From the IMG/VR virus record IMGVR_UViG_3300035680_001736: DNA of 64,000 nt; one strand, 5' to 3'. The notes under the pieces were generated by a model. The model was not told the origin of the DNA and searched no databases. It was given only the letters and a program-made list of their open reading frames with translations. The stretch is from an uncultured virus (IMG/VR IMGVR_UViG_3300035680_001736). Its lineage: Duplodnaviria; Heunggongvirae; Uroviricota; Caudoviricetes. A program made the translations under genes and the position numbers. This document shows positions 56,495 to 64,000 of this stretch, one piece after another (the stretch's first letter is position 1; each line of letters opens with the position of its first letter).

Positions 56495-56899
56495 TTACCA
56501 AGTACGACACGCCCAATATCTTGGTTTCCATCTTGGTCCAGGATTGTCACAATTGTGTCTCGCTCTGAAAGATTTTCTTCTTTCAGGATTATTTTTCTTG
56601 ATTGTCATTCTTTTTCCTTTTGCGGACTTACCACCAAAACCAAAGTTTACCTTAACAACTTTACCATTTTCATTCTTAACATAAACTTTAAACTTTTTAA
56701 TATCACCTTGCATGATTTTACCAAGCTGTACTTTTCTACCCTTATACTCCGCTTCATTTAAAACGTCAGTTGATTCGAAATCAGTTTCAACAACACTTCC
56801 ATATTCATCTTCATATATGATACCTTCATTCATCTGAGCGGTAACCATCTCAATAATTCTTTTCAAATCTGATTCTGTCAATCTTATAATTTTACTCAT
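56495..56899 (-). CDS. Hypothetical protein (IIRLTESDL leader; RRKSFRARHNC...YWAC domain)
   Basis: ORF; TATTTAT upstream. Confidence 0.85.
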   Translation of the reverse strand: MSKIIRLTESDLKRIIEMVTAQMNEGIIYEDEYGSVVETDFESTDVLNEAEYKGRKVQLGKIMQGDIKKFKVYVKNENGKVVKVNFGFGGKSAKGKRMTIKKNNPERRKSFRARHNCDNPGPRWKPRYWACRTW

Positions 56900-56951
56900 G
56901 TGGTATGTTTTTTAAATAAATATCCCTATATTTGTATCAAATAAATTTCCT

Positions 56952-57164
56952 ATGAAAAAATTTTTGATGGTATTTTTAGTTGTAATTAGATTATACGTAT
57001 GTTATAGAGTAGTTGGTGGTTTAATTATGAACTCAATAAACCCCCAACAACACCCATTAGACAATATCACATGGTGGATTTATTATTTGATTTTTGACAT
57101 TTGGTTACAGCAAATCATACCAAATAATGTTTCCGAATCTAATGATGAATCAGAAAATAGTTAA
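56952..57164 (+). CDS. Small membrane protein
   Basis: Hydrophobic; TATATTTG upstream. Confidence 0.7.
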   Translation: MKKFLMVFLVVIRLYVCYRVVGGLIMNSINPQQHPLDNITWWIYYLIFDIWLQQIIPNNVSESNDESENS

Positions 57165-57165
57165 T

Positions 57166-57390
57166 TTATTTAGATGAATATTTTTGAGATAAAAAAGATA
57201 GACCAAAGAAAAAGGCCGAAATAAAATACAAAACCAAATTTGCGTTCCACAAACTTCCTGTTAGTAAAATAAGTTGATATTGAACCAAATCGAAACCGAA
57301 AGGGTTGAAGAACATCCCTAACATCAAAAACTTTACCGACAGGTTTCCCACAAAAATTTTCCTCCAGGTTGATTTTGTTATCGCCATCAC
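57166..57390 (-). CDS. Small membrane protein
   Basis: Two hydrophobic segments. Confidence 0.6.
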   Translation of the reverse strand: MMAITKSTWRKIFVGNLSVKFLMLGMFFNPFGFDLVQYQLILLTGSLWNANLVLYFISAFFFGLSFLSQKYSSK

Positions 57391-57499
57391 TCATGTTTTG
57401 TAATTTACTTTTTATAGAACGAGTCTAAAATACTTTTAATATAAATATTGGTATCGAAGAATAATTCACAGTCAAATAATATTTATAAATAAAATTGTC

Positions 57500-58030
57500 A
57501 TGAAAAGAATTACGATAAACGAGGGTGAACTTAGAAAAATAATTAGACAACACCTGAAAGAGGAAATGGGAATGGATTCTAAAGAAACTCAAGAATCTAA
57601 ACCAAAATGTATGACCACCAATTCTATCCCATTGACTGAACTTGTTGGTGAGGCCGGTGATTATGATTTATATTCTCCAGGTGTGACAAAAAGAAAAAGA
57701 GGAGTAAACTCAATGGTGGACACTTTAGGTATTTTAAATAACCTAAGATTATTTAAAGACGTTAATGACGGTGGTGCCCATCTTTCTTATGAAATGATGA
57801 ATCATTTGAATAAATTTAAAAACAAAAACTACTACGATGAAACATCAGGAGAATGTCATAAAGCCATGGATAAAGTAATCGAACTATATAAAGAAAATGA
57901 ACACGGGACAGAACTAGTTAAAGACATTGAAAGGGTACTCGCTCTTCAAACTAAAGATGACGAGTATACCCCATCTCCAAGAGCGAAAGAATATTTAAAA
58001 AGATGTTTAATGTTAGTTAAAGAAAAATAA
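57500..58030 (+). CDS. Hypothetical protein (ITINEGEL leader)
   Basis: TATTTATA upstream. Confidence 0.85.
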   Translation: MKRITINEGELRKIIRQHLKEEMGMDSKETQESKPKCMTTNSIPLTELVGEAGDYDLYSPGVTKRKRGVNSMVDTLGILNNLRLFKDVNDGGAHLSYEMMNHLNKFKNKNYYDETSGECHKAMDKVIELYKENEHGTELVKDIERVLALQTKDDEYTPSPRAKEYLKRCLMLVKEK

Positions 58031-58154
58031 ACCTCGAAAGAGGAGTCTTAGGACCGTTATGTTACATAACAGGAAAAGGGGAAGTTCGCTACTGTCCCCT
58101 TTTTTGTTGCCCTAATATTTATATAATAAATAAATTATCTAAAAAATAAAAATT

Positions 58155-58283
58155 ATGGCAAAATCAGGTAGCGCTGTTGGGTCTAAAGAAACTTTTGGTA
58201 CACGTAAAAAAGGAAAGTCTAAAAGAAAGTACGGACCAAAAGAAGAAAAACCCAAAGCTTACAGAGGTCAAGGAAAAAAATAA
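58155..58283 (+). CDS. Small basic protein ending YRGQGKK (42 aa, not in ORF track)
   Basis: MAKSGSAVGSKETFGTRKKG...; TATTTATA upstream. Confidence 0.7.
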   Translation: MAKSGSAVGSKETFGTRKKGKSKRKYGPKEEKPKAYRGQGKK

Positions 58284-58304
58284 ACTCAAACTAAAACTGA
58301 AAAA

Positions 58305-58592
58305 ATGAAAAAAATTGTTGCTCTTTTTGGAGAAGCCCTTCTTTGGTTAAAAGGTATTTTTAACGACGAGAAAGGTAATCCCTCATCAAAAAGAATTGTG
58401 GGTATGGGTTGTGCCATAGCACTATGTTTAACCATGTATCACAATAGCTTTTCCAATGTTGATGTTGCACCTGCAGAATACTTAGTTGACGCGGTTGCAT
58501 TATTGGCGTTTGGTTGTCTAGGTCTTGCAAGTTTTGACAAGTTCACAGACAGAAGAGGTAGAAAGAAAAAGGATGAAGAAGAACCTAATTAA
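58305..58592 (+). CDS. Membrane protein, holin-like
   Basis: PSSKR followed by two TM helices and a charged tail. Confidence 0.7.
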   Translation: MKKIVALFGEALLWLKGIFNDEKGNPSSKRIVGMGCAIALCLTMYHNSFSNVDVAPAEYLVDAVALLAFGCLGLASFDKFTDRRGRKKKDEEEPN

Positions 58593-58618
58593 AATAACCC
58601 CCTTTTATAGGGGGTTTT

Positions 58619-58759
58619 TTATTTTCGTTTTTTCTTAACAGGTTCTGGTTTCTTATCAATTGTTTCAACTGATATTGGACCGTTCTTAAATTTGTCCAAG
58701 TCGTAAGTCCAAATTGAGATTGTGTCCTCGGTTTCGTATTTTCTTGTTATTTTACTCAT
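58619..58759 (-). CDS. Small hypothetical protein (46 aa)
   Basis: MSKITRKYETEDTISIWTYDLDKFKNGPISVE... Confidence 0.6.
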   Translation of the reverse strand: MSKITRKYETEDTISIWTYDLDKFKNGPISVETIDKKPEPVKKKRK

Positions 58760-58761
58760 TA

Positions 58762-58941
58762 TTACAATAAAAAATTAATTACTAAATTTGTTACTAACAT
58801 TAAAGGAATACTCCAAAGGAATATATTTAATAGTTTTTTTAATTCATCCCACAAAGATACAAATTTTTCATCTTCCAAGTAATACATTCCAAATCTTCTT
58901 GAAAAAGTAAAAATTAAACATTGTATGATGAAATAAATCAT
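58762..58941 (-). CDS. Small membrane protein
   Basis: Start MIYFII 4 nt after TATATTTG. Confidence 0.65.
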   Translation of the reverse strand: MIYFIIQCLIFTFSRRFGMYYLEDEKFVSLWDELKKLLNIFLWSIPLMLVTNLVINFLL

Positions 58942-58998
58942 TTGACAAATATAAACAAAAATCCCCACCGAAGTGGGGATTTTAACATTTTTTTACGA

Positions 58999-60876
58999 TT
59001 ACTTAGGTTGTACTTCTTCAAAATCTACGTCTGAAACTTCTTCATCCATAGTTTGACCGCCTTCACCTTCAGAACCAGACTGACTATAAATTCCTTGGGT
59101 AATTGTTTGAGATGTGATTGCAACTTTTGCAGTTGCGTCTCTAACCTTTTCAACTTCCTTCTCTTGTAGGGCTGTTTTTAATTCAGCCAAAGCATCGGTT
59201 AATTGAGTTTTTTGTTCATCGGTCATTTTTTCTTCTAAATCCTTTAGAGTTTTTTCAGCTTGGAACGCCATAGAATCTCCTTGATTTATTATGTCAGCAT
59301 TTTCACGAGCTTTAGCGTCCGCTTCGGCATTTAACTCAGCATCACGTTTCATTTGTTCAATTTCCTCTTTAGAAAGTCCTGTCGAACTTTCAATACGGAT
59401 TGATTGCTCTTTGTCAGTGGCTTTGTCTTTTGCTGAAACATTGATAATACCGTTAGCATCGATGTCAAAAGTTACTTCGATTTGTGGAACTCCTCTCATT
59501 GCCGTTGGAAGACCATCAAGGAAGAAACGACCAATTGTTCTATTGTCTTGAGCCATTGCTCTTTCTCCCTGTAGAACGTGAATTTCTACTGATGGTTGAT
59601 TGTCAACTGCGGTTGAGAAAACTTGTGACTTTTTTGTCGGAATTGTTGTGTTTGACTCAATAAGTTTTGTGAATACTCCACCCATCGTTTCAATACCGAG
59701 TGAAAGTGGTGTTACATCCAACAACAATACGTCTTTAACGTCACCTGCGAGTACTCCTCCTTGAATTGCAGCACCAAGTGCTACAACTTCATCAGGGTTA
59801 ACTCCTTTTGATGGTTCTTTACCGAAGAACTTTTTAACTGCCTCTTGGATTGCAGGAATTCTAGTTGAACCTCCAACCAAGATAACTTCATCGATGTCTT
59901 TTGGTTTCAAACCTGCGTTTTTCAAGGCCGATTTACATGGTGCAATTGTACGTTGTACCAAACTGTCAACCAACTGCTCGAACTTTGCCTTTGTCATTGT
60001 ACGAACCAAGTGTTTTGGCATACCATCTACCGGCATAATGTAAGGAAGATTGATTTCCGTTGATGGTGAAGATGAAAGTTCAATCTTTGCTTTTTCAGCT
60101 CCTTCACGAAGACGCTGAAGTGCCATTGGGTCTTGATTCAAATCCAAACCATTTTCATCTTTGAACTCTTGAACGAGCCAGTCGATAATTGCTTGGTCAA
60201 AGTCATCACCACCTAGGTGTGTATCACCGTCAGTTGACAAAACTTCAAATACCCCATCACCAAGTTCAAGAACCGATACGTCGTGAGTACCACCACCACA
60301 GTCAAACACAACAACTTTCATATCCTGACCTTTTTTGTCAAGACCATAGGCAAGTGCCGCCGCGGTTGGTTCGTTAATAATACGTTTAACAGTTAGACCT
60401 GCAATTTCACCGGCTTCTTTTGTTGCCTGACGTTGAGCATCATTGAAATATGCTGGTACTGTAATAACCGCATCAGTTACTGTTTCACCCAAATAGTCTT
60501 CGGCAGTTTGCTTCATTTTCTGAAGAACCATCGCCGAAATTTCCTGAGCTGAAAACTTCTTGTCCTCAATTTGAACACGAGGAGTGTTACCCTCACCTTT
60601 AACCACTTTATAAGGAACACGCTTGATTTCTTTTTTACTTTCATCGAAACTTGCTCCCATAAAACGCTTAATGGAGTAAACTGTTTTATCAGGATTTGTA
60701 ACCGCTTGACGTTTTGCCGGGTCACCAATCTTTCTATCACCACCATTTGCAAAACCAACAATCGAAGGGGTGGTTCTTTTTCCTTCACTGTTTGTAATCA
60801 CAACAGGTTCGCCATTTTCCATAACGGCAACACATGAATTTGTTGTTCCTAAATCAATACCTATAATTTTACCCAT
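58999..60876 (-). CDS. dnaK: Chaperone DnaK (Hsp70)
   Basis: [38 protein letters not shown]. Confidence 0.98.
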   Translation of the reverse strand: MGKIIGIDLGTTNSCVAVMENGEPVVITNSEGKRTTPSIVGFANGGDRKIGDPAKRQAVTNPDKTVYSIKRFMGASFDESKKEIKRVPYKVVKGEGNTPRVQIEDKKFSAQEISAMVLQKMKQTAEDYLGETVTDAVITVPAYFNDAQRQATKEAGEIAGLTVKRIINEPTAAALAYGLDKKGQDMKVVVFDCGGGTHDVSVLELGDGVFEVLSTDGDTHLGGDDFDQAIIDWLVQEFKDENGLDLNQDPMALQRLREGAEKAKIELSSSPSTEINLPYIMPVDGMPKHLVRTMTKAKFEQLVDSLVQRTIAPCKSALKNAGLKPKDIDEVILVGGSTRIPAIQEAVKKFFGKEPSKGVNPDEVVALGAAIQGGVLAGDVKDVLLLDVTPLSLGIETMGGVFTKLIESNTTIPTKKSQVFSTAVDNQPSVEIHVLQGERAMAQDNRTIGRFFLDGLPTAMRGVPQIEVTFDIDANGIINVSAKDKATDKEQSIRIESSTGLSKEEIEQMKRDAELNAEADAKARENADIINQGDSMAFQAEKTLKDLEEKMTDEQKTQLTDALAELKTALQEKEVEKVRDATAKVAITSQTITQGIYSQSGSEGEGGQTMDEEVSDVDFEEVQPK

Positions 60877-61019
60877 AGTTTAAAAAATTATTTTTATTTT
60901 TTTAAAGTATATTAAAAAACTTTTATGGAGTCAACTCCAAATCTACATTATTAACTAATGTGCCAAAACAAAAAAACTGACAAAATGTCAGTTTTTTATA
61001 AAAATATATGACAAATATA

Positions 61020-62060
61020 TTATTTTTCGAGTTCTAAAGTATATAATCTCATGAAATTTCTTTGCAGTTTGTCACCGGCCTTATTGATTCTTGGTTGGAA
61101 ATTATTAATCAAATCTAACAAACCTTCAGTTTTTTCTATATACCGTGCCGGTTTTTCACCGTAAACTCTCATCCATTTGTAATAATCGGTCATAAACCAT
61201 TTATATAAATTGTTCAAAATAGACAGTAGTTTATCGGGGTTCACTTCTTGAATTTTATTTGTCAACTTATCAAAAAACGTATCGGCATCAAAGTTTTTCA
61301 TGACTGATGCGTTGGACCAAAGTTTAGTTTTTTTGAATTCTTCAAAGGGTAATATTGATGTTTGGCTAACCGCCTCTTGTGATTTTGCATTTACTTCATA
61401 TGGTTCTGAATAGTATATCATATCCAAAAATTCTTGCCAAACTTTGTAAATTTCTTTGTTTACGTTATAGTTTTTACCTCCAACCCAACTCAAGGTGGTA
61501 TTAAATTGTTTTGCTCCTGATTCAGCCCTTCGATAACTCTCTAACATGTGATTACATTCGTGAATTATCGTATCTCTAAGGTCATATAGTGCTTTGTCTT
61601 TCAATTCTTCATTGAACTCAATCCCTATTTTAAAACTTATAAATAATTTTACATACAAAGTTTGAGTAATCTCCTCCAAAATATACTTAGGTAACTCAAG
61701 TGTGGGTGATTTTAAATATGACCCACCAAATGATTTTTTGTCTATTGATTGAAATCCTCCTCCTGACGTGAATCTGTTTTCTTTTGTATTTTTTGGAATT
61801 TTCAAACAAGAAAAATCAATTTCAATTTTTTCCACGGGTAACTCAATATAATCATCCATACTTGATTGAAAAATTTGTGAAATATCTTTCAAGTCTATAA
61901 TGATTTTTTGTTTGGATGGAATTCTTGATTCCATAAATTCAAGGACCTTAGGTTCGAGTTTTTGGTATATCAAATTACTGTAGGACAAGGAAACCCGGGA
62001 GACTCCCAAATCTTCTTTAATAAGTGTTTTCAATTGGTTCTCAGATAACAAAACTTTCAT
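61020..62060 (-). CDS. Hypothetical protein with HExxH motif
   Basis: IHECNH...YYSEPYEVNA; VLLSENQL leader; TATTTATA upstream. Confidence 0.8.
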   Translation of the reverse strand: MKVLLSENQLKTLIKEDLGVSRVSLSYSNLIYQKLEPKVLEFMESRIPSKQKIIIDLKDISQIFQSSMDDYIELPVEKIEIDFSCLKIPKNTKENRFTSGGGFQSIDKKSFGGSYLKSPTLELPKYILEEITQTLYVKLFISFKIGIEFNEELKDKALYDLRDTIIHECNHMLESYRRAESGAKQFNTTLSWVGGKNYNVNKEIYKVWQEFLDMIYYSEPYEVNAKSQEAVSQTSILPFEEFKKTKLWSNASVMKNFDADTFFDKLTNKIQEVNPDKLLSILNNLYKWFMTDYYKWMRVYGEKPARYIEKTEGLLDLINNFQPRINKAGDKLQRNFMRLYTLELEK

Positions 62061-62131
62061 ATCTATAAATATTACAAAAAAAAATTAAAAAATATATTTA
62101 GTTTTCAACTTTATCTCGTATTTATTTCAAA

Positions 62132-62191
62132 ATGAACAAGAATTTAATAAATAATAAATAAACGCAAACCTCCTTCGGGAGGTTTTTTTTT
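62132..62191 (+). promoter_or_regulatory. Asn-rich leader peptide (MNKNLINNK) plus intrinsic terminator; putative attenuator
   Basis: ORF 62132-62161; AAACCTCC-TTCG-GGAGGTTTTTTTTT at 62166-62191. Confidence 0.6.
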
Positions 62192-62204
62192 ACCCTAAAG
62201 TAAT

Positions 62205-63062
62205 ATGAAAAACACAAAAATTTATCACGAGTTGGTCCAAAAGATGAGGACCTTTTTCCTAAACAAAGGTTTTCTTGAGGTTCCGACCCAATCAAGATTA
62301 TCAATTCTCGCAGCATGTGAGAATCCACACTCAATCACAACGTTTGAGTATCAAGGTCAAATTTGGCCATTACCACAAACAGGTCAAATGTGGTTAGAGT
62401 ATGAATTGTTACAAAATTCCGAATGGCCAGGTGTGTTCTGTATCTCAACATCATACAGACAAGAAAAAGACCCAATCCCAGGTCGTCACGAATTAATCTT
62501 CCCAATGTTTGAATTCGAGTCAAAGGGTGGTATGAAAGAATTACTTAAATTAGAATCTGAATTACTTGCGTTTTTAGGTTTTGATTCTCCTGTTGAAGTG
62601 AATTATGACGATGTTTGTGAAGAATATGGCGGAGTTCCGATTTTGGAAAACGAACACGAAACTAAAATGTGGAAAGAAAAAGGTGATGTGGTGTCATTAC
62701 AAAATTTCCCTGTTAGAACTAACCCATTTTGGAACATGAAGTCAGGTGAAGGTGACAAATTCAATAAAGTAGACGTTATTCTTTACGGTCAAGAAACAAT
62801 TGGTTCTGCTGAAAGAAGTTGTGATGTTGATGAAATGAGACAAATGTTCTATACTATAGAAAACGGTGGTTATTCTGCCAAATTGTTTGAATTGTTTGGT
62901 AAAGAAAGAGTTGAAAAAGAACTTGAAGAGTTTTTATCTCACAAATTCTTTAAAAGATTTGGTGGAGGTATTGGTTTAACTCGTCTTGCCAGAGCATATC
63001 AAATGATGAAAGACTCTCACGATGAATTACACATGAATTATGGTGATGTAAACAAATTTTGA
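62205..63062 (+). CDS. Class II aaRS catalytic-domain protein (AsnRS/AspRS-like, no anticodon domain); probable asparagine synthetase
   Basis: FF...GFLEV, motif 2 YRQE...RH...F.MFEFE, ETIGSAER, motif 3 GGGIGLTRL. Confidence 0.75.
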   Translation: MKNTKIYHELVQKMRTFFLNKGFLEVPTQSRLSILAACENPHSITTFEYQGQIWPLPQTGQMWLEYELLQNSEWPGVFCISTSYRQEKDPIPGRHELIFPMFEFESKGGMKELLKLESELLAFLGFDSPVEVNYDDVCEEYGGVPILENEHETKMWKEKGDVVSLQNFPVRTNPFWNMKSGEGDKFNKVDVILYGQETIGSAERSCDVDEMRQMFYTIENGGYSAKLFELFGKERVEKELEEFLSHKFFKRFGGGIGLTRLARAYQMMKDSHDELHMNYGDVNKF

Positions 63063-63230
63063 ATGAAAAATTTTAAGGTTAAAAATAGATATACCAAAGA
63101 AATGTCAGATAAATTTTTATCCGACTACAAATCTTCTGGTGAATGTTCTGTTGAAAATCCCGACTTTTACGGTAATTGGAACTGGAAAAAATACGGAACC
63201 GAAGAATATAAAAATTCTTTCAAAAAATAA
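63063..63230 (+). CDS. Small hypothetical protein (55 aa)
   Basis: MKNFKVKNRY...; abuts the upstream stop. Confidence 0.55.
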   Translation: MKNFKVKNRYTKEMSDKFLSDYKSSGECSVENPDFYGNWNWKKYGTEEYKNSFKK

Positions 63231-63233
63231 AAA

Positions 63234-63473
63234 TTACTGAATTTGACTCAAAGACATAATGGTGTCATTCGAAAGGGTGACACCATTTTTTGTTTCATAG
63301 GAAACATAACTTACCGATAAAACTTTATCTTCAGTTGGTATAAAAACTTCACCATCTAAGTTAGAAAAATACACACCCTGATTAGTTTCAACTTTAACAC
63401 CTGTCAAAGTTTCATCTGTTTGTGAATCTAAAAAAATGATTCTAAAAAATACTGTAATAAGAATTGTCTTCAT
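63234..63473 (-). CDS. Carboxypeptidase-regulatory-like (SusC N-terminal type) small domain protein
   Basis: D..T.ETL.GV...SNLDG...VSYVSYE. Confidence 0.6.
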   Translation of the reverse strand: MKTILITVFFRIIFLDSQTDETLTGVKVETNQGVYFSNLDGEVFIPTEDKVLSVSYVSYETKNGVTLSNDTIMSLSQIQ

Positions 63474-63564
63474 ATTGCAATATGTATGTTAAATTTTTCA
63501 ATTGTCAAAATTGATAATATTACTTAACATTTCCTTAATGTATTTATAATATATCCTTAATACT

Positions 63565-63915
63565 ATGAAGCAGATTATATTTTTGGTGTTTATGTTCTTA
63601 CAGGTTGTAGGACATTCACAAGTAGAAGAAGTTGTGTTTAAAAATGACAAAGGTCAAATCGAACAACGTGGTCATTTATCAAATAATCTAAAAACTGGTG
63701 AGTGGATTGCTTATTATGAAAATGGAAGCATATTTTCTGTAGGTTATTATGATAAAGGTAGAAAAGATGGAATCTGGACTACATATTCACCAGTTGGAAT
63801 TAGAGTATCTCAAGTCAAATATTTTAAGGGTAAAAAATATGAAGGTTGGATGTATGATATGGAAGGAAATTTAGTTGAGAAAAGAATTTTTAAGGATTAT
63901 ATCACAAATGATTAA
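63565..63915 (+). CDS. Secreted MORN-variant repeat protein
   Basis: KTGEWIAYYENG...G.Y.KGRKDGIWTTY. Confidence 0.85.
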   Translation: MKQIIFLVFMFLQVVGHSQVEEVVFKNDKGQIEQRGHLSNNLKTGEWIAYYENGSIFSVGYYDKGRKDGIWTTYSPVGIRVSQVKYFKGKKYEGWMYDMEGNLVEKRIFKDYITND

Positions 63916-64000
63916 TTCTTCTTTGGTTTTTCTGACGCATACTTAACACCCATTATAGTTCCGACAATACTGAATGCATTTGTTAATAATATACCAAACA
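63912..64000 (-). CDS. 3' end of a membrane protein (partial)
   Basis: ...FGILLTNAFSIVGTIMGVKYASEKPKEE*. Confidence 0.6.
   Translation of the reverse strand, partial: FGILLTNAFSIVGTIMGVKYASEKPKKN

Noticed and set aside
57170..57394. Second overlapping 74-aa minus-strand ORF
   Set aside because: The alternative frame 57166-57390 gives a more plausible membrane protein; the choice is tentative
28377..60876. Bacterial chromosome origin suggested by clpC, dnaK, ssrA and rmlC
   Set aside because: These genes are interspersed with T4-like head genes and phage promoter motifs, with no bacterial operon context such as grpE/dnaJ or smpB
1..64000. Stop-codon reassignment
   Set aside because: Core genes are intact in the standard code and no suppressor tRNA was seen
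1..64000. CRISPR array, DGR/retron, integrase or IS element
   Set aside because: No repeat-spacer array, reverse transcriptase, recombinase or transposase motif recognised

Overview
64 kb of a large, AT-rich, T4-like (jumbo) phage read in the standard genetic code. The host is very probably a Bacteroidota: there are TAnnTTTG promoters, T9SS C-terminal sorting domains, and a bS21 gene inside the head module. From left to right the window holds: (1) a giant minus-strand ORF of at least 3,132 aa that the ORF track missed because it runs off the left edge; (2) a secreted subtilase and a nuclease; (3) the head module (major capsid, scaffold, prohead protease, bS21, portal, large terminase); (4) an NTase-lysozyme fusion, a ClpC lacking its N-domain, and a peptidase; (5) an RNA-rich region with tmRNA, tRNAs, a ~840-nt GOLLD-like RNA, a ~1-kb array of small structured and pseudoknotted RNAs, a family of tRNA-like molecules sharing an AGTC(A/G)(A/G)(G/A) acceptor stem but with remodelled interiors, and tRNA-Leu(UAA) with a group I intron; (6) accessory genes (sugar-modifying enzymes, RmlC, GMP reductase, DnaK, and an AsnRS-like enzyme behind an Asn-rich leader peptide and terminator). 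Two promoter classes are visible: host-type TAnnTTTG, often only 4-5 nt before the ATG (leaderless), and a phage TATTTAT motif before structural and late genes. The best candidates for an undescribed system are the tRNA-like family and the structured-RNA array. All calls come from reading the sequence by eye; no searches or folding programs were run.
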